Source of the DNA: Bacillota bacterium | GTDB taxonomy: Bacteria; Bacillota; Sulfobacillia; JAMCWA01 | DNA: 64,000 nucleotides | NCBI GenBank assembly: GCA_023475165.1 | Contig: JAMCWA010000088.1 | Span: forward strand, 130,298 to 194,297 | Direction: 5' to 3' | Part shown: in pieces, positions 1 through 11,298 of the stretch | How the letters are laid out: every line of letters starts with the position of its first letter | Numbering within the stretch: position 1 is the first letter of the stretch | Program-made: the position numbers and the translations under genes | The notes under the pieces: generated by a model | Databases searched by the model: none | What the model saw: only the letters and a program-made list of their open reading frames with translations | Told to the model about the DNA's origin: nothing

Positions 1-133
1 TTTCCGGCTTAAATCGCCCACTGCCTGGATGCGTCCGCCCTGCACGCCTACGTCAGCGGCCAACCGCTCTCGGCCCGTTCCGTCCAAAACCTGGCCACCG
101 CGCAGGATGATATCGAAATCCAAGTTCGCTCAC
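1..133 (-). CDS. N-terminal fragment of an amidohydrolase / D-aminoacylase-like protein (runs off the window start)
   Basis: Minus strand reads MSELDFDIILRGGQVLDGTGRERLAADVGVQGGRIQAVGDL, the typical N-terminal beta-domain, paralogous to the adjacent gene (IIAGGMVIDGTGRPGYPADV). Confidence 0.75.
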
Positions 134-149
134 TCCTTCCAAACCCCAA

Positions 150-1790
150 TTACTGCCCCCGCCGCAGGACACGCCCGGCTAGGGCGCCCGTATGTTCGCC
201 CTTGGCCACCGTCATTACCCCGTTGACCAGGACGTACTCTACCCCCTGAGCGTATTGGTGTGGTTCCTGATAGCTGGCCCGATCGCTGATCTTTTGCCGA
301 TCAAAGACGACCAGATCGGCCTGGTAGCCTCTCTGTAAGATTCCGCGGCCTTTGAGACCGTATTTCTCCGCGGTCTGCGAGGTCATCTTGCTGATGGCCT
401 CCTCCAGGGAAAGGAGACCCTCCTGGCGTACGTATTTCCCCAGGATCCGGGCGAAGGTACCGTAAGAGCGCGGATGAGGCTTGCCCTTTCCCAACGGTCC
501 GTAAGGGGCGGCAGCACTGGCATCAGAACCGATGACCGCCCCGGGAAAACGGATAACCTCCCGGACGTCTTCCTCCTGCATCAGGAAAAGGACCATACCG
601 ATGTTGTTTTCCTCCTCCAGCAGGAGGTCAAAGACCGTCTCCGCCGGCTCAGTCTGTCGGGCGCGGGCGATCTCGGCTATAGTCTGTCCGGGAAGGTCGC
701 TGTCCGGCCGGTTGGCCCGGGTGATCAGAATATTGTCATAACCGGCCGCCGCTATAAAGTTCTCCCAGCCGGGGATTCCCTCTTCTATCTCCCGTTTCAG
801 CCTTTCACGTACGGCGGGATCGCGAAGCCGCCCAAGGAAGGCTTCCTTGCCGCCAGCATGGGCCCAACTGGGAACCAGGCTTCCTAAGGAGGTACTGGCC
901 GCAGTATAGGGGTAAACGTCGCACCCGGCGGCGACACCCCGTTCCCTCGCCGCCTCCAGCAGAGCCAGGGTAGTCTTGACTTTACCCCAGTTCTTCCGAC
1001 CAGCCGCCTTGTGGTGGGAGATCTCGACCGAGATCCCGGCCTCCTTCCCGACGCGCAGGGCCTCGGCCACCGCTTCAATAACTGTATCACTTTCGCCGCG
1101 GATATGACTGCCGTAGATCCCGCCATAGGCGGCAGCCACGCGGGCCAATTCGATAATCTCCTCGGTCTGGGAATAGGTGCCCGGCGGATAAATCAGACCG
1201 GTGGACAAACCAAAGGAACCTTCCTCCATAGCTTGCCGGAGCAGCCTTTTCATCTCCTCCATCTCTGCCAGGGAGGGAGCCCGGTTTTCCCAGCCCATGG
1301 CCGCCGCCCGCAGGTTACCGTGCCCAACCATGGGGGCAACATTAACGGATACGCCCCGCCTTTCCACCTCGGCCAGGTATTCAGCCAAGGACTGCCATTT
1401 AATCTCCAAACCCGCCGTCCGTCCCAGGAATTCCGAACGCTCCCGGGCCGCCGCTCCTACCAGGGGGGCCCCGGAGGAGCCACACTGGCCAATGACCTCG
1501 GTGGTAACCCCTTGTCGGATCTTGCTCTCCCCTTGGGGGTTTAGCAAGACCGCCAAATCCGAATGAGAATGAGCATCAATGAAGCCCGGGGCGACGATGA
1601 GGCCGCGGGCATCCACAGGCTCATAACGCCCATCTTCCCGTCCCTCCGCCTCCTTTGCGGCGGTCTGGGGACGCGGCACGATCTCCTCTATCCTATCATC
1701 CTCAATGACCACGTCCGCCGGATAACCCGGTCGACCTGTCCCATCGATGACCATGCCCCCGGCAATAATCACCCGCGCCAAAAGAGACAC
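150..1790 (-). CDS. N-acyl-D-amino-acid deacylase (D-aminoacylase, amidohydrolase superfamily)
   Basis: PGFIDAHSHSD metal motif, GVTTEVIGQCG, GLSTGLIYPPG, HIRGE, PHPRSYGTF. Confidence 0.9.
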   Translation of the reverse strand: MSLLARVIIAGGMVIDGTGRPGYPADVVIEDDRIEEIVPRPQTAAKEAEGREDGRYEPVDARGLIVAPGFIDAHSHSDLAVLLNPQGESKIRQGVTTEVIGQCGSSGAPLVGAAARERSEFLGRTAGLEIKWQSLAEYLAEVERRGVSVNVAPMVGHGNLRAAAMGWENRAPSLAEMEEMKRLLRQAMEEGSFGLSTGLIYPPGTYSQTEEIIELARVAAAYGGIYGSHIRGESDTVIEAVAEALRVGKEAGISVEISHHKAAGRKNWGKVKTTLALLEAARERGVAAGCDVYPYTAASTSLGSLVPSWAHAGGKEAFLGRLRDPAVRERLKREIEEGIPGWENFIAAAGYDNILITRANRPDSDLPGQTIAEIARARQTEPAETVFDLLLEEENNIGMVLFLMQEEDVREVIRFPGAVIGSDASAAAPYGPLGKGKPHPRSYGTFARILGKYVRQEGLLSLEEAISKMTSQTAEKYGLKGRGILQRGYQADLVVFDRQKISDRASYQEPHQYAQGVEYVLVNGVMTVAKGEHTGALAGRVLRRGQ

Positions 1791-2029
1791 CTTCTTTCTT
1801 CGCTAGACGAAATATAATAGATAGATTCAACAAGACGGGGAGAATTCCTGCTGATAACTGGGACTTTATTATAAACTAGGGCAAAAAAGAACCAGGAGCC
1901 CTCCACCCCACCTGAACCGCCGCCGCTGGCGAGGCGAAGGCACACCTGGGAAAACTGATCGCAAAGCATTCCTGGCCAAAGGAGAGTCTCTCGCAGTCTC
2001 GTATGAAACAAGTCCCATCTCTGCCAGCC

Positions 2030-2281
2030 TACCGGGCCTGGGTCGATCTCATCGAAGCTCCAGATCCCGCAGAAGCGACGTTTTCATCGTTTGTGGCGCC
2101 GCAGGCGGCATGAGGAACTACCATGAAACAAACCAGCCACTTCCAGGGCGACGCTCGGGCGTTGCCGTCCTCGCTTTCCGTCACCTACGCCGACCGTATC
2201 CCGGATCAGCCCGGTCCACCGGCCGGCAGCGCGGCGATTCACCGTCCGTGGGAAGCGGCGTCCGGCGGCATGGGCATCTAG
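2030..2281 (-). repeat. Mosaic of dispersed repeat modules (family B plus nested family C)
   Basis: Contains TTTCATC..GGCGCCGCAGGCGGCATG, GAAACAAACCAGCCACTTCCAGG and GGGCGACG..TTGCCGTCCTCGCTT, which match copies at 25770, 28862, 33146 and 13060; ends in CTAG. Confidence 0.7.
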
Positions 2282-2314
2282 TACAAAAAAGTAGGCTGGA
2301 TAGTCTTCGCCTTC

Positions 2315-3883
2315 TTATCTCTTAGGCGGTGATTCGACCCTGACCGTCAACGTCTCCGCCTCCCAGGTTACCGTCGCCCCTGCCAGTTTCTCCGCCACAA
2401 AACGGACCGGAACCAATAGGCGCCCTCCCTGAAGTAATGGCGTAACATCCATGGAAAAGTACTGACTTCCCAGCCCGGCTGTGGTTAAGTGGGCCTTCCG
2501 ACGACCTGACCAGAGCTTGAGGGAGCGTCCATTGAGTTCCAGTACCGCCGCCTCTTCTTCCTCCAGCCAGGTTACCCTGGCCCCCATGGCCGTGGCCAGG
2601 AATCTGCCCGGGGCCAAGACCCGTCCCGTATCGAAAAAGGGTGCCACATCTGGAAAAACCACCGGCTGCCCATCCAGCTTGATGGTGAGTCCCTTCCAGG
2701 CGTCCAGACGGCCCACCTGGGACAGGTAAAGGCTCCCCTCCGCCACCAGCGGTGCGGCCACCGCCTTTTCCGCCAAAGGCCATTCCGCCTTCTTCCGGCC
2801 ACTGGTAGAATCCAGGAGGATGAGCCGGGACGGCTCTCCTTCGATCTCAAAGCTGGTGACAATGTAAACGCCTTCGGCCGTGAGCAATGGGGCTTCAATC
2901 ACGGGCCAGTACTTCCTCGTCCCTTTGCGTACCGGCTCGTGGCGAAAGACCCACTTCAACTGGTAATCCCCCGGATTAAAGCCATAGACCTCTCCCCATT
3001 CACTGGCGACCAGGAGGTCGGCCCGCAGGGCTAGGCCTTGCCACTTGTTGTCAGGGGAGCGGTATTCCCAGAGTTGCTTTCCCGTGGCCAAGTCCAAGGC
3101 ATAGAGACCTCCCCCATCTCCAGAAGCTGCCACAAAGACTCGGTCATCGGTGATGACAGGAAGGCTGTCCAGGGCCCCTTTCCCTGGTATCGTCTGCGAC
3201 CAGAGCAGCCGCCCCGAGTCGGAATCCAGGGCCAGGACCTGACCGTTGTGGGTGCCGACTACCAATCGTTTCCCGGCCAGGGCCGCACCGGCCCGGAACA
3301 GGTCATTGCCGGTATCGTACCGCCAACGCAGGGCACCGGTCACGGCGTCGAGGGCATAGAAGCTCCCGTCAGAGGACCCGAAGAGCACCAGATCCTGGGC
3401 CGCCAGCAAAGAACCGCTGATCCAGCCGGCCGTAGGAAACTCCCAAAGGCCCCGGCCGCTGGATGCCTCCACCGCCCGGACCAAACCCCCGTAGTCAGAC
3501 AGAAAGACACGGTCTTGGTCCACCGTCGGGCTACTCCTGATGCGCTGGGAAGAGGGCAGGCTCCAAAGGACGGCGCCCGTTTTTTCGTCCAGGGCATAGA
3601 ACCGACCGCTCTCACTGCCCAAAAAGACCCTCTCGCCGGCCAAGACCGGGCTGCTCCGGAACCGTTCTGGCAGACGGAAAGACCAGCGCGGATAAAGAAC
3701 ACTTCCAGGGCGCTCCTCGGAGGAACGCTGGCGTTGCTCATTGCCCCCTTCCAAAGGCCATTCCCCGGCCTGAACCCGGAGGCCGAACGACAGAAAGGTC
3801 ACCAGAGCCAGCACCGCAAAAAGCCGCCCGATAATACCACGCCGCAGGGTCCGTTCCCCCGGCCTTTCCGCAGTTGCAGCCAT
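2315..3883 (-). CDS. Secreted PQQ-like (BamB-type) beta-propeller protein with C-terminal copper amine oxidase N-terminal-like domain
   Basis: Signal-peptide-like N-terminus; repeated YALDxxTGxxLW blades; C-terminal GRVLAPGRFLA..GARVTW and GRLLVPVRFVAE..VTW motifs. Start chosen at the ATG at 3883. Confidence 0.8.
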   Translation of the reverse strand: MAATAERPGERTLRRGIIGRLFAVLALVTFLSFGLRVQAGEWPLEGGNEQRQRSSEERPGSVLYPRWSFRLPERFRSSPVLAGERVFLGSESGRFYALDEKTGAVLWSLPSSQRIRSSPTVDQDRVFLSDYGGLVRAVEASSGRGLWEFPTAGWISGSLLAAQDLVLFGSSDGSFYALDAVTGALRWRYDTGNDLFRAGAALAGKRLVVGTHNGQVLALDSDSGRLLWSQTIPGKGALDSLPVITDDRVFVAASGDGGGLYALDLATGKQLWEYRSPDNKWQGLALRADLLVASEWGEVYGFNPGDYQLKWVFRHEPVRKGTRKYWPVIEAPLLTAEGVYIVTSFEIEGEPSRLILLDSTSGRKKAEWPLAEKAVAAPLVAEGSLYLSQVGRLDAWKGLTIKLDGQPVVFPDVAPFFDTGRVLAPGRFLATAMGARVTWLEEEEAAVLELNGRSLKLWSGRRKAHLTTAGLGSQYFSMDVTPLLQGGRLLVPVRFVAEKLAGATVTWEAETLTVRVESPPKR

Positions 3884-3972
3884 TCGCCTCGACTGGTAGA
3901 CAAACTGATAGAAAAACCGGCTCACGCTCAGGTACCGCCGCGTTTTCAGTTGTTGTCCGCAGAAGAAACGGC

Positions 3973-4581
3973 TCATAGCTTTCCACGCCGGGCCTGATCC
4001 CTGACTTTCTCCAGTTCCCGAAAGATCAACCGTCGCCCCTCTTCCGTCTGCCACCAGTTGTTCCTGGTGACATCCTGCCGCCCATCGGGGACACAGAACG
4101 CCTCAACTCCAGGAAAATAGCGGAGAAAGGTCATTTTCGCCCGGCGCATGTGGAGTGGGGCTGAGATCAAAATCACCTTTTTCAAGTCCCGGTTCAGATT
4201 AGCCTGTTTGAGCACCTCTCGCCCGAAAACGACGTTTTCTTCGGTATTCGCAGACCTCGCCTCGGTGAGAAGGATGTCGGCCGGCAGTCCGCCGGCCCGG
4301 GCTGTTTCCTCCAGAACCACTGCCTCCGCCCTCCCGGTAGTCTTTGGGTCTCCCCCGGTGAAAAGGACGCGCGGCGCGTAACCGGCTTGAAAGAGTTCCA
4401 CCGCCTTCCAGGCCCTTTCCCGATGACGTCCCCCGAAAACAAAAATGAGGTCCGCCCGTTGTGGTTCGTCCTCAAGAAAAAGGAAATCGGTTACCTCGTT
4501 GATGGACATACCCTCATAGATTCGTTCCAAGGGAACCTCCCCCTTTGGCCTATGGATAAAAGAACCCTCATCCATCAACAC
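3973..4581 (-). CDS. YdcF/SanA-like (DUF218) protein
   Basis: [29 protein letters not shown] motifs. Confidence 0.85.
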   Translation of the reverse strand: MLMDEGSFIHRPKGEVPLERIYEGMSINEVTDFLFLEDEPQRADLIFVFGGRHRERAWKAVELFQAGYAPRVLFTGGDPKTTGRAEAVVLEETARAGGLPADILLTEARSANTEENVVFGREVLKQANLNRDLKKVILISAPLHMRRAKMTFLRYFPGVEAFCVPDGRQDVTRNNWWQTEEGRRLIFRELEKVRDQARRGKL

Positions 4582-4730
4582 AATTCGACGAGATCAGATC
4601 TTTTTCCTGCTACCTCGGAAAGTTCGCCGTCGAAGCTCTTCCCTACAAAGCCCTGCAAGCGCCGCTGGCTGGGGGCGGCTCTTACGAGCTGCACCGCCGG
4701 CGTATCATCGCTTTTCACCAGGGGCTCGAC

Positions 4731-4756
4731 AAGAAAGGGGCCCCGCTCGGGGCCCC
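4731..4756 (-). terminator. Intrinsic terminator downstream of hppA
   Basis: GGGGCCCC-GAGC-GGGGCCCC followed by TTTCTT on the minus strand, just after the stop. Confidence 0.65.
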
Positions 4757-4762
4757 CGTCCT

Positions 4763-6808
4763 TCAGCGCACAAAGAGATGCGCCAGTACCAGGGTGATGG
4801 TACTAATGAGCTTGATCAGAACGTGCAAGGATGGCCCAGCGGTGTCCTTGAAAGGGTCCCCTACGGTATCGCCGACTACCCCGGCCTTGTGCGTATCAGA
4901 GCCCTTTCCCCCGTAGTTTCCTAGTTCGATGAATTTTTTGGCGTTGTCCCAGGCCCCACCGCCGTTATTGAGGAAGAGGGCCATCAAGACGCCGCCGATG
5001 GTACCGATCATCAGAAAGGCCGCCGCTGCTTCGGCTCCCAGAAGGAGTCCCACCAACACCGGGGTAAGCACGGCGATGGCGCCGGGCAGAACCATCTGTT
5101 TTAGGGCTCCTACCGTAACAATGTCCACGGCCTGCGCGTAATTCGGCTTGGCCTTCCCCTCCATGATCCCGGGGATCTCCTTAAACTGGCGGCGCACCTC
5201 CAGGATGACCACCTGGGCCGCTTTGCCCACCGCTCGGATGGCCGTGGAGGAGAAAAGGTAGACCATCATGGCCCCAATGAAGCCCCCCACAAAGACCTCC
5301 GGCTTACCGATGTCTACCGGGAAGTCACCCTTCCAATGGAGGGCCAGCTTCACCTCATCCAGGTAGGCAGAAAAGAGGAGGAAGGTGGCCAGGGCGGCGC
5401 TGCCGATGGCATAGCCTTTGGTCAAGGCCTTGGTGGTGTTGCCCGCCGCATCCAGGCGATCCGTTCGCAGCCGGATCTCCTTGGGGGCGCCAGACATCTC
5501 CACGATCCCGCCGGCGTTGTCCGTGATGGGGCCAAAGGTATCCATGGCCAGGATGTAGGCCGCCGTCGAGAGCATCCCCATGGTGGCTACAGCCGTACCG
5601 TACAGTCCGCCGCCCGCCAGTCCACTGTTCTGCCCCAACCAATGCGAAGCCAAGATGGCGGCAGAAATGATGATGGCGGGGATGGCGGTGCTCTCCATAC
5701 CAACGGCCACCCCGCTGATGATATTGGTGGCTGGTCCAGTCTGAGAAGCCGTGGCGATCTCTTTTACCGGGCGATAGCGATAGGAGGTGTAGTACTGGGT
5801 AACATAAACAAAGAGGAAGCTGGTAACAACCCCCACCATGGCCGCCAGGTAAAAATTCAGGAAGTTCACCCCAGGGGCGCTTAACATGTTTTGGGCCACA
5901 AAATAGAGGAAGATCGCGTTAAGTAGCGTGGTCACAAAATAGCCCATGTTCAGGGCCGTCATGGGGTCGCTTTCTTCCCGGGTACGAACGACAAAGATTC
6001 CCACCAGGGAAGCGATGATCCCAAAGGCCCGAGCCACCAGGGGGAAGAGAATACCCTTCACCCCAAAGACGGGCATCAAGGCGATTCCCAGGATCATCGC
6101 CCCGATGTTCTCTGCCGCCGTAGACTCAAAGAGGTCCGCCCCACGGCCAGCACAATCGCCGACGTTGTCCCCCACCAGGTCGGCCACCACGGCCGGGTTG
6201 CGAGGATCATCCTCCGGAATCCCGGCCTCCACTTTCCCCACCAGGTCGGCCCCAACATCGGCCGCCTTGGTGTAGATCCCGCCGCCTAACTGGGCGAAGA
6301 GGGCAACAAAGCTGGCCCCAAAGCCGAACCCAACGATCAAGAGAGGGGCCTTATCCGGCTGGGTGGCTCCCCCGAAGGCATAAAACAGGCCGGCTACTCC
6401 CAGAAGGCTCAAGGCCGTAACCGCCAGACCGGTGACGGCTCCCCCGCGAAAGGAGAGGGTCAGGGCGCGGTTCAGGGAGTGTCTGGCTCCAGCTGCCGCC
6501 CGTATATTGGAGTTGACCGACGTGTACATGCCTATGTATCCCGAAAGAGCCGACGCTAGGGCACCGGTCAGGAAGGCGATGGAGGTATGAAGGCCGTTGG
6601 CGGTAAAACCCAGGAGGGCGGCCACGATCACGGCCAAAAAGGCAATGGTTCGGTACTGGCGGAAGAGGAAAGCCATGGCCCCTTCCCTAATGGCATCAGC
6701 AATGACCTGCATTTCCTGAGAGCCCTTGTCATGACGAAAGACATCATAAATGAGAAAAACGGCGCCGAGTACGGCCAGGGCTCCCGCTATTGGGATAATG
6801 ATCTCCAA
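4763..6808 (-). CDS. hppA: Membrane-bound ion-translocating pyrophosphatase, predicted K+-independent H+-PPase
   Basis: [44 protein letters not shown]; GNTTKA (Lys form) is the K+-independent signature. Confidence 0.95.
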   Translation of the reverse strand: MEIIIPIAGALAVLGAVFLIYDVFRHDKGSQEMQVIADAIREGAMAFLFRQYRTIAFLAVIVAALLGFTANGLHTSIAFLTGALASALSGYIGMYTSVNSNIRAAAGARHSLNRALTLSFRGGAVTGLAVTALSLLGVAGLFYAFGGATQPDKAPLLIVGFGFGASFVALFAQLGGGIYTKAADVGADLVGKVEAGIPEDDPRNPAVVADLVGDNVGDCAGRGADLFESTAAENIGAMILGIALMPVFGVKGILFPLVARAFGIIASLVGIFVVRTREESDPMTALNMGYFVTTLLNAIFLYFVAQNMLSAPGVNFLNFYLAAMVGVVTSFLFVYVTQYYTSYRYRPVKEIATASQTGPATNIISGVAVGMESTAIPAIIISAAILASHWLGQNSGLAGGGLYGTAVATMGMLSTAAYILAMDTFGPITDNAGGIVEMSGAPKEIRLRTDRLDAAGNTTKALTKGYAIGSAALATFLLFSAYLDEVKLALHWKGDFPVDIGKPEVFVGGFIGAMMVYLFSSTAIRAVGKAAQVVILEVRRQFKEIPGIMEGKAKPNYAQAVDIVTVGALKQMVLPGAIAVLTPVLVGLLLGAEAAAAFLMIGTIGGVLMALFLNNGGGAWDNAKKFIELGNYGGKGSDTHKAGVVGDTVGDPFKDTAGPSLHVLIKLISTITLVLAHLFVR

Positions 6809-7227
6809 GAAAACTCAACCACCTTTCCCTTGTTCTTCAAGCTGAAGGGCGATTTCCTCACCGGTCGCCCTGTTCTGTCTGTTACTGGACTAACGTCCCC
6901 CCTCCTTCAATTGGTTATTCCCTAATTTTGTAGCTTTTACCACGAATAAAGTCTATACTGGACAGGCCGAAAAGTCAAGACCAGAGCCGGACCTCGTGCA
7001 CTCGTTCCCTCTTCACAACATAAACTGCCTTAGAGAAGACCTCTCCTAAGCTTTCTCGGGCGGGTTTACCACTCACAGCACAGTTCGTCAGCAGTCTGCT
7101 AAGTGTTCGCCGGAGACGCGAAGCGAACGGCCTACCCACCCTTGGACTCCCATTCGGAGGGATCTTTCGCTGGGAGAAATAAGGACGGACCACCTGTTCC
7201 ATTCTGTTTTTTGAGGAGGGAAACTTC

Positions 7228-7830
7228 GTGACCTTCCACCCCCGCTTCCTTAAGAGCCAGTTCAGTCCCTCGGCCGCCAGGATCGAAATCGACGTCGCCA
7301 CCCGTACCCTGATCCTCTACCTCGGTCCAACCCCTTCCGGTACCTATCCGGTGGGCGTTGGCAAGCTCAACACCCCTTCCCCCCTCGGGAACTGGGCCAT
7401 CCGGGAGAAGGTGCTCTTCCCCGATTGGGAGGTCCTGGGGACAAGGTGGATGGGCCTTACGGTCCCCTGGGGCAACTACGGTATCCATGGCACCAATGCC
7501 CCCTGGTCCATCGGCAACTACGTCTCCAACGGGTGCATCCGGATGTACAACGCCGACGTCGAGAAGGTGTTCGAGCAGGTGTATGTGGGTACCCCTGTCC
7601 ACATTTTCGGTGCTGCCTACCAATACCGGACCTTGCGGAACGGGAGCACCGGTTACGAGGTCCTCCTCGTCCAAGAAAAACTGGCCGTGCTGGCCTTTTA
7701 TCAGGATACCCCCGATGGGATCTTCGGCCCCAGCACTGAGGAGGCAGTGCGAGCCTTCCAACGGTTCCATGCTTTGGTCCCTGACGGGGTGGTAGGACCC
7801 GCGACCTGGGGCAAGCTTTTGTCCCGTTAG
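7228..7830 (+). CDS. L,D-transpeptidase (YkuD family) with C-terminal peptidoglycan-binding domain
   Basis: YGIHGTN...SNGCIRM catalytic motif; C-terminal DGIFGPSTEEAVRAFQ..DGVVGPATW. Confidence 0.9.
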   Translation: MTFHPRFLKSQFSPSAARIEIDVATRTLILYLGPTPSGTYPVGVGKLNTPSPLGNWAIREKVLFPDWEVLGTRWMGLTVPWGNYGIHGTNAPWSIGNYVSNGCIRMYNADVEKVFEQVYVGTPVHIFGAAYQYRTLRNGSTGYEVLLVQEKLAVLAFYQDTPDGIFGPSTEEAVRAFQRFHALVPDGVVGPATWGKLLSR

Positions 7831-10058
7831 CCCTCTTCCCCTCCGAAGAGCCGCTGGTATTCTCCCAGGGAAAGTCTTACCTCCCGCGGCTTGGAACCTT
7901 CGTAAGGGCCAACGAAGCCCCTTTCTTCCATAGCGTCCACCAGGCGGCCCGCCCGGGCGTAGCCTATCCTGAGGCGCCTTTGCAGAAGTGAGACGGAGGC
8001 CTGCCCTGACTCCACCACCACTCGCACCGCCTGCTGGAAAAGGTCATCATCCCCAGCGGTGTTCTCCCCCGTATCTTCTTCCTCCAGTTTCAAGACACTT
8101 TCCTCGAACTGAGGCTTCCCCTGGCGAGCCAGGTGCTCTACAATGGTCTCCACCTCGGCGTCAGAGATAAAGGCTCCCTGGGCCCGTACCGGTTTGGGGG
8201 AACCCATCAGGTGAATGAGCATGTCCCCCTTGCCCAGGAGTTTTTCCGCCCCGCCCATGTCCAGGATGGTCCGTGAATCGACCTGGGAGGAGACGGCAAA
8301 GGCTATCCGGGAGGGGATATTGGCCTTGATGGTGCCCGTAATGACGTCCACCGAAGGTCTTTGTGTGGCCACCACCAGGTGGATGCCGGCAGCCCGTCCC
8401 ATCTGGGCCAGGCGGGTGATTCCGTCCTCCACATCCACCGGGGCCACCATCATCAAGTCGGCCAGCTCGTCCATAACCACTACAATATAGGGCAGGAACC
8501 CGGCAGCCGCTCCATTTTGAATCTGCTGCTGGTTGTAGCGGGCAATGTCCCGCACCCCGCTGTCAGCAAAGAGCTCCCAGCGGCGGGCCATCTCCCCGAG
8601 CACCCAGCGCAGGGCTCCCGCCACTTTCTTGGGGTCAGTGACCACCGGAGCCAAGAGGTGGGGAATACGGTTGTACACGCTGAGTTCGACCACCTTGGGG
8701 TCGATGAGGAGGAATTTTACCTCCCGAGGTGAAGCCTTAAAGAGAATGCCGGCAATGAGGGAATTAACGCAAACGCTCTTGCCGGAGCCGGTGGCACCAG
8801 CAATGAGAAGGTGCAGGGTCTTCTCCAGGCTGGCCACAATGGGCCGCCCGGCGATATCCTTCCCCAGTGCTACCGTTAGAGGTGAGCTGGCGTTTTGGAA
8901 CTCGGGCGTTTCCAGGACCTCTCGTAGCCGGACCGTAGAAATTTCCTGATTGGGAACCTCAATACCTATGACCGACTTCCCGGGGATAGGGGCCTCGATT
9001 CGGACGCCTTGGGCAGCCAAACTTAACGCAATGTCGTCGGCCAGGCTCACCACTTTGCTGACCTTGATCCCGGGGGCAGGTTGAACCTCAAAACGAGTTA
9101 CGGTAGGTCCCCGGCTGACCTCTACCACCTTAGCGTTAACGCCGAAGGTCTCCATAGTGGCTTCCAAGAGCCGGGCCTTATCGGTGATCTCCCGGTCTCC
9201 CCGCGGGGCTTTCACCTTACCCCCGCGATCCAGCAAAGACAGCGGCGGCAGCTGAAAAAGGAAGCTGTCTCCCAGGGAAAGCTGCTGAAAGGGTGGTTTT
9301 TCCGGGACCCCCGCGCTGTCTCTTTTTTCTTCTCGGGGGGACTGAGGTTTACCGATCTCCGGCCGGATGACCTGAGTTCCTCCCGGAACAGGCTTGTCCT
9401 TGGTGAAAGACCGTAACCCCCTTCCCTGCTCCCCTCCCGGATCTCCTTCGGTAGTACCTGGGCGAGAAGGCAGTCTTTCTTCCTTCGCCGGGACGGCCCG
9501 TTTCCTGCGCATCTGACTCAGTTCCCGCACCTTCCGGAGCAAGGAACGCCCGAGCCCCCGCCCAAGGACCAATCCCTGCGAAGAGACGTGTTTCAGACTG
9601 AAGCCAGTCAACAGCAGAATCCCCACCAGGGCTAGAAACCCCATCACTACATAGTGCCCAGGGGAACCGAAACCGGCCCGCAAGGCCCAGGCCGTCACCG
9701 CCCCCAGGAGACCACCGCCAAAGCCACGCCAAGCGTTTTCAAACTCCAATCCCGGCGGCGTAGTCTGGTGAAGGTAGGCCGCGGCGGCGACAATCAGGAG
9801 GAGGGCCCCCACATACCGTGGTCCAAAGGTAAAACGTCGCCGGTAAAAAACCAAGGCCAAACCCAGCCATCCCAACCCCAGGGGGATTAGAGGGGCGATC
9901 TCCCCCAGAAGGATCCGTATCAGGCGGACAGTGAAATTTCCCAGAACCCCCGCCGTCCCGTTCAGGAGCCCCAAAAAGCCCAGGGTGGAAAGGGCTAGAA
10001 GGATGAGACCGAAAATCTCATATCTCAGGTCTTCTTTCAGCTGGCCAAAGAGCTTCAT
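7827..10058 (-). CDS. ftsK: DNA translocase FtsK/SpoIIIE
   Basis: N-terminal TM helices, HLLIAGATGSGKSV Walker A, ATQRPSVDVITG, gamma domain LQRRLRIGYARAGRL. Confidence 0.95.
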   Translation of the reverse strand: MKLFGQLKEDLRYEIFGLILLALSTLGFLGLLNGTAGVLGNFTVRLIRILLGEIAPLIPLGLGWLGLALVFYRRRFTFGPRYVGALLLIVAAAAYLHQTTPPGLEFENAWRGFGGGLLGAVTAWALRAGFGSPGHYVVMGFLALVGILLLTGFSLKHVSSQGLVLGRGLGRSLLRKVRELSQMRRKRAVPAKEERLPSRPGTTEGDPGGEQGRGLRSFTKDKPVPGGTQVIRPEIGKPQSPREEKRDSAGVPEKPPFQQLSLGDSFLFQLPPLSLLDRGGKVKAPRGDREITDKARLLEATMETFGVNAKVVEVSRGPTVTRFEVQPAPGIKVSKVVSLADDIALSLAAQGVRIEAPIPGKSVIGIEVPNQEISTVRLREVLETPEFQNASSPLTVALGKDIAGRPIVASLEKTLHLLIAGATGSGKSVCVNSLIAGILFKASPREVKFLLIDPKVVELSVYNRIPHLLAPVVTDPKKVAGALRWVLGEMARRWELFADSGVRDIARYNQQQIQNGAAAGFLPYIVVVMDELADLMMVAPVDVEDGITRLAQMGRAAGIHLVVATQRPSVDVITGTIKANIPSRIAFAVSSQVDSRTILDMGGAEKLLGKGDMLIHLMGSPKPVRAQGAFISDAEVETIVEHLARQGKPQFEESVLKLEEEDTGENTAGDDDLFQQAVRVVVESGQASVSLLQRRLRIGYARAGRLVDAMEERGFVGPYEGSKPREVRLSLGEYQRLFGGEEG

Positions 10059-10122
10059 GTTTTTCCCTCGCCGCTCCAAGAATAGCATCCATCTCCTCTT
10101 TATGTCAACATGCCCGGTCCTT

Positions 10123-10152
10123 AAATACTCCGGCTGACCTTTGATCATACTA
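10123..10152 (+). promoter_or_regulatory. Putative sigma-G-like forespore promoter upstream of tepA
   Basis: AAATA-N18-CATACTA versus consensus GHATA-N17/18-CATAHTA; tepA is forespore-expressed in Bacillus. Confidence 0.45.
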
Positions 10153-10200
10153 CATGGCAGGTGAAGTACAGCGCAACAAAATCACCCGGAGGTCTAGGAA

Positions 10201-11037
10201 ATGCCAAAAGAGAAGGCCTTTGGCCCCGCGGAACCGGCGCCTGCTCCCGAACCCCAGGGCCCCGACTACTTACCGGGACCGGAGGTACCGGTGCCGCCGA
10301 CTCCGGTCGCCCCTCCCGACGAAAAACCTGTCCCGGAAAAGAAGACGTCTCGCCCCGGAAAGAAGCCGGAGGCGGCTGTCACCGGGAACATCAAGGAGAT
10401 GGGAACGCCCAGCGTGCCCCACCCCACCAGCAATATTCACATCCTGACCATCATCGGTCAAATTGAAGGGCACCTGGTCCTACCAGCTCAGAACAAGACG
10501 ACTCGTTATGAACACATTATACCGCAATTGGCGGCGATTGAGCAGAGTCCCGAGATCGAGGGAGTGCTGGTGGTCCTAAATACGGTGGGCGGCGATGTGG
10601 AGGCCGGTTTGGCCATCGCCGAGCTAGTTGCCAGCTTGACGAAGCCCTCCGTTTCCCTGGTCCTGGGGGGTGGTCACAGTATCGGGGTCCCTATCGCCGT
10701 CAGTACGGCCTATTCCTATATCGCCAATACGGCCACGATGACCATCCACCCCATCCGGCTCACGGGTATGGTCATCGGCGTCCCCCAAACCTATGAATAC
10801 CTGGACAAGATGCAGGACCGCGTGGTGAAGTTCGTCGTGAAAAATTCGGGGATTACCGAAGAAAAATACCGGGAGTTGATGTTTCGCACCGGGGAACTGG
10901 CCCGGGATATTGGAACGGTCTTGGTCGGCAAGGACGCCGTTCAGGTGGGGCTCATCGATGAAGTCGGGGGGCTAGGGTCGTCCCTGAAGAAGCTCAAGGA
11001 ACTGATTGCCGAGAGAAAAAGGCACAAGAGCAGCTGA
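10201..11037 (+). CDS. tepA: ClpP-family protein TepA with Pro-rich N-terminus
   Basis: [50 protein letters not shown]; followed by ylzJ. Confidence 0.9.
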   Translation: MPKEKAFGPAEPAPAPEPQGPDYLPGPEVPVPPTPVAPPDEKPVPEKKTSRPGKKPEAAVTGNIKEMGTPSVPHPTSNIHILTIIGQIEGHLVLPAQNKTTRYEHIIPQLAAIEQSPEIEGVLVVLNTVGGDVEAGLAIAELVASLTKPSVSLVLGGGHSIGVPIAVSTAYSYIANTATMTIHPIRLTGMVIGVPQTYEYLDKMQDRVVKFVVKNSGITEEKYRELMFRTGELARDIGTVLVGKDAVQVGLIDEVGGLGSSLKKLKELIAERKRHKSS

Positions 11038-11082
11038 GAACCACCGGACTAAAATCCAACAGTCTCCCGGGGGGTTGAGCGA

Positions 11083-11298
11083 GTGATCCTTTGGACCGTC
11101 ATGCCTATAGAACTGGTTCTGGAAAACGCCCAGACGGCTCCGGCTTTGCTGGAGGTCCAGCAAGAGGGTCGCCTGCTTCTGGTGGAACCTCAGCCAGGCG
11201 GCCAGGGCAAGCTGGTTCGCCTTATTAGTTCCGACCCAAGCGACTACCTGAATCCTTCCTGGCAACCAGGTACACTGGTGCAACTGGGAGTCCATTGA
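11083..11298 (+). CDS. ylzJ: YlzJ-like protein
   Basis: MILWTVMP.E.V and VRLISSDPSDYLNP..QPG signature; directly after tepA. Confidence 0.85.
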   Translation: MILWTVMPIELVLENAQTAPALLEVQQEGRLLLVEPQPGGQGKLVRLISSDPSDYLNPSWQPGTLVQLGVH

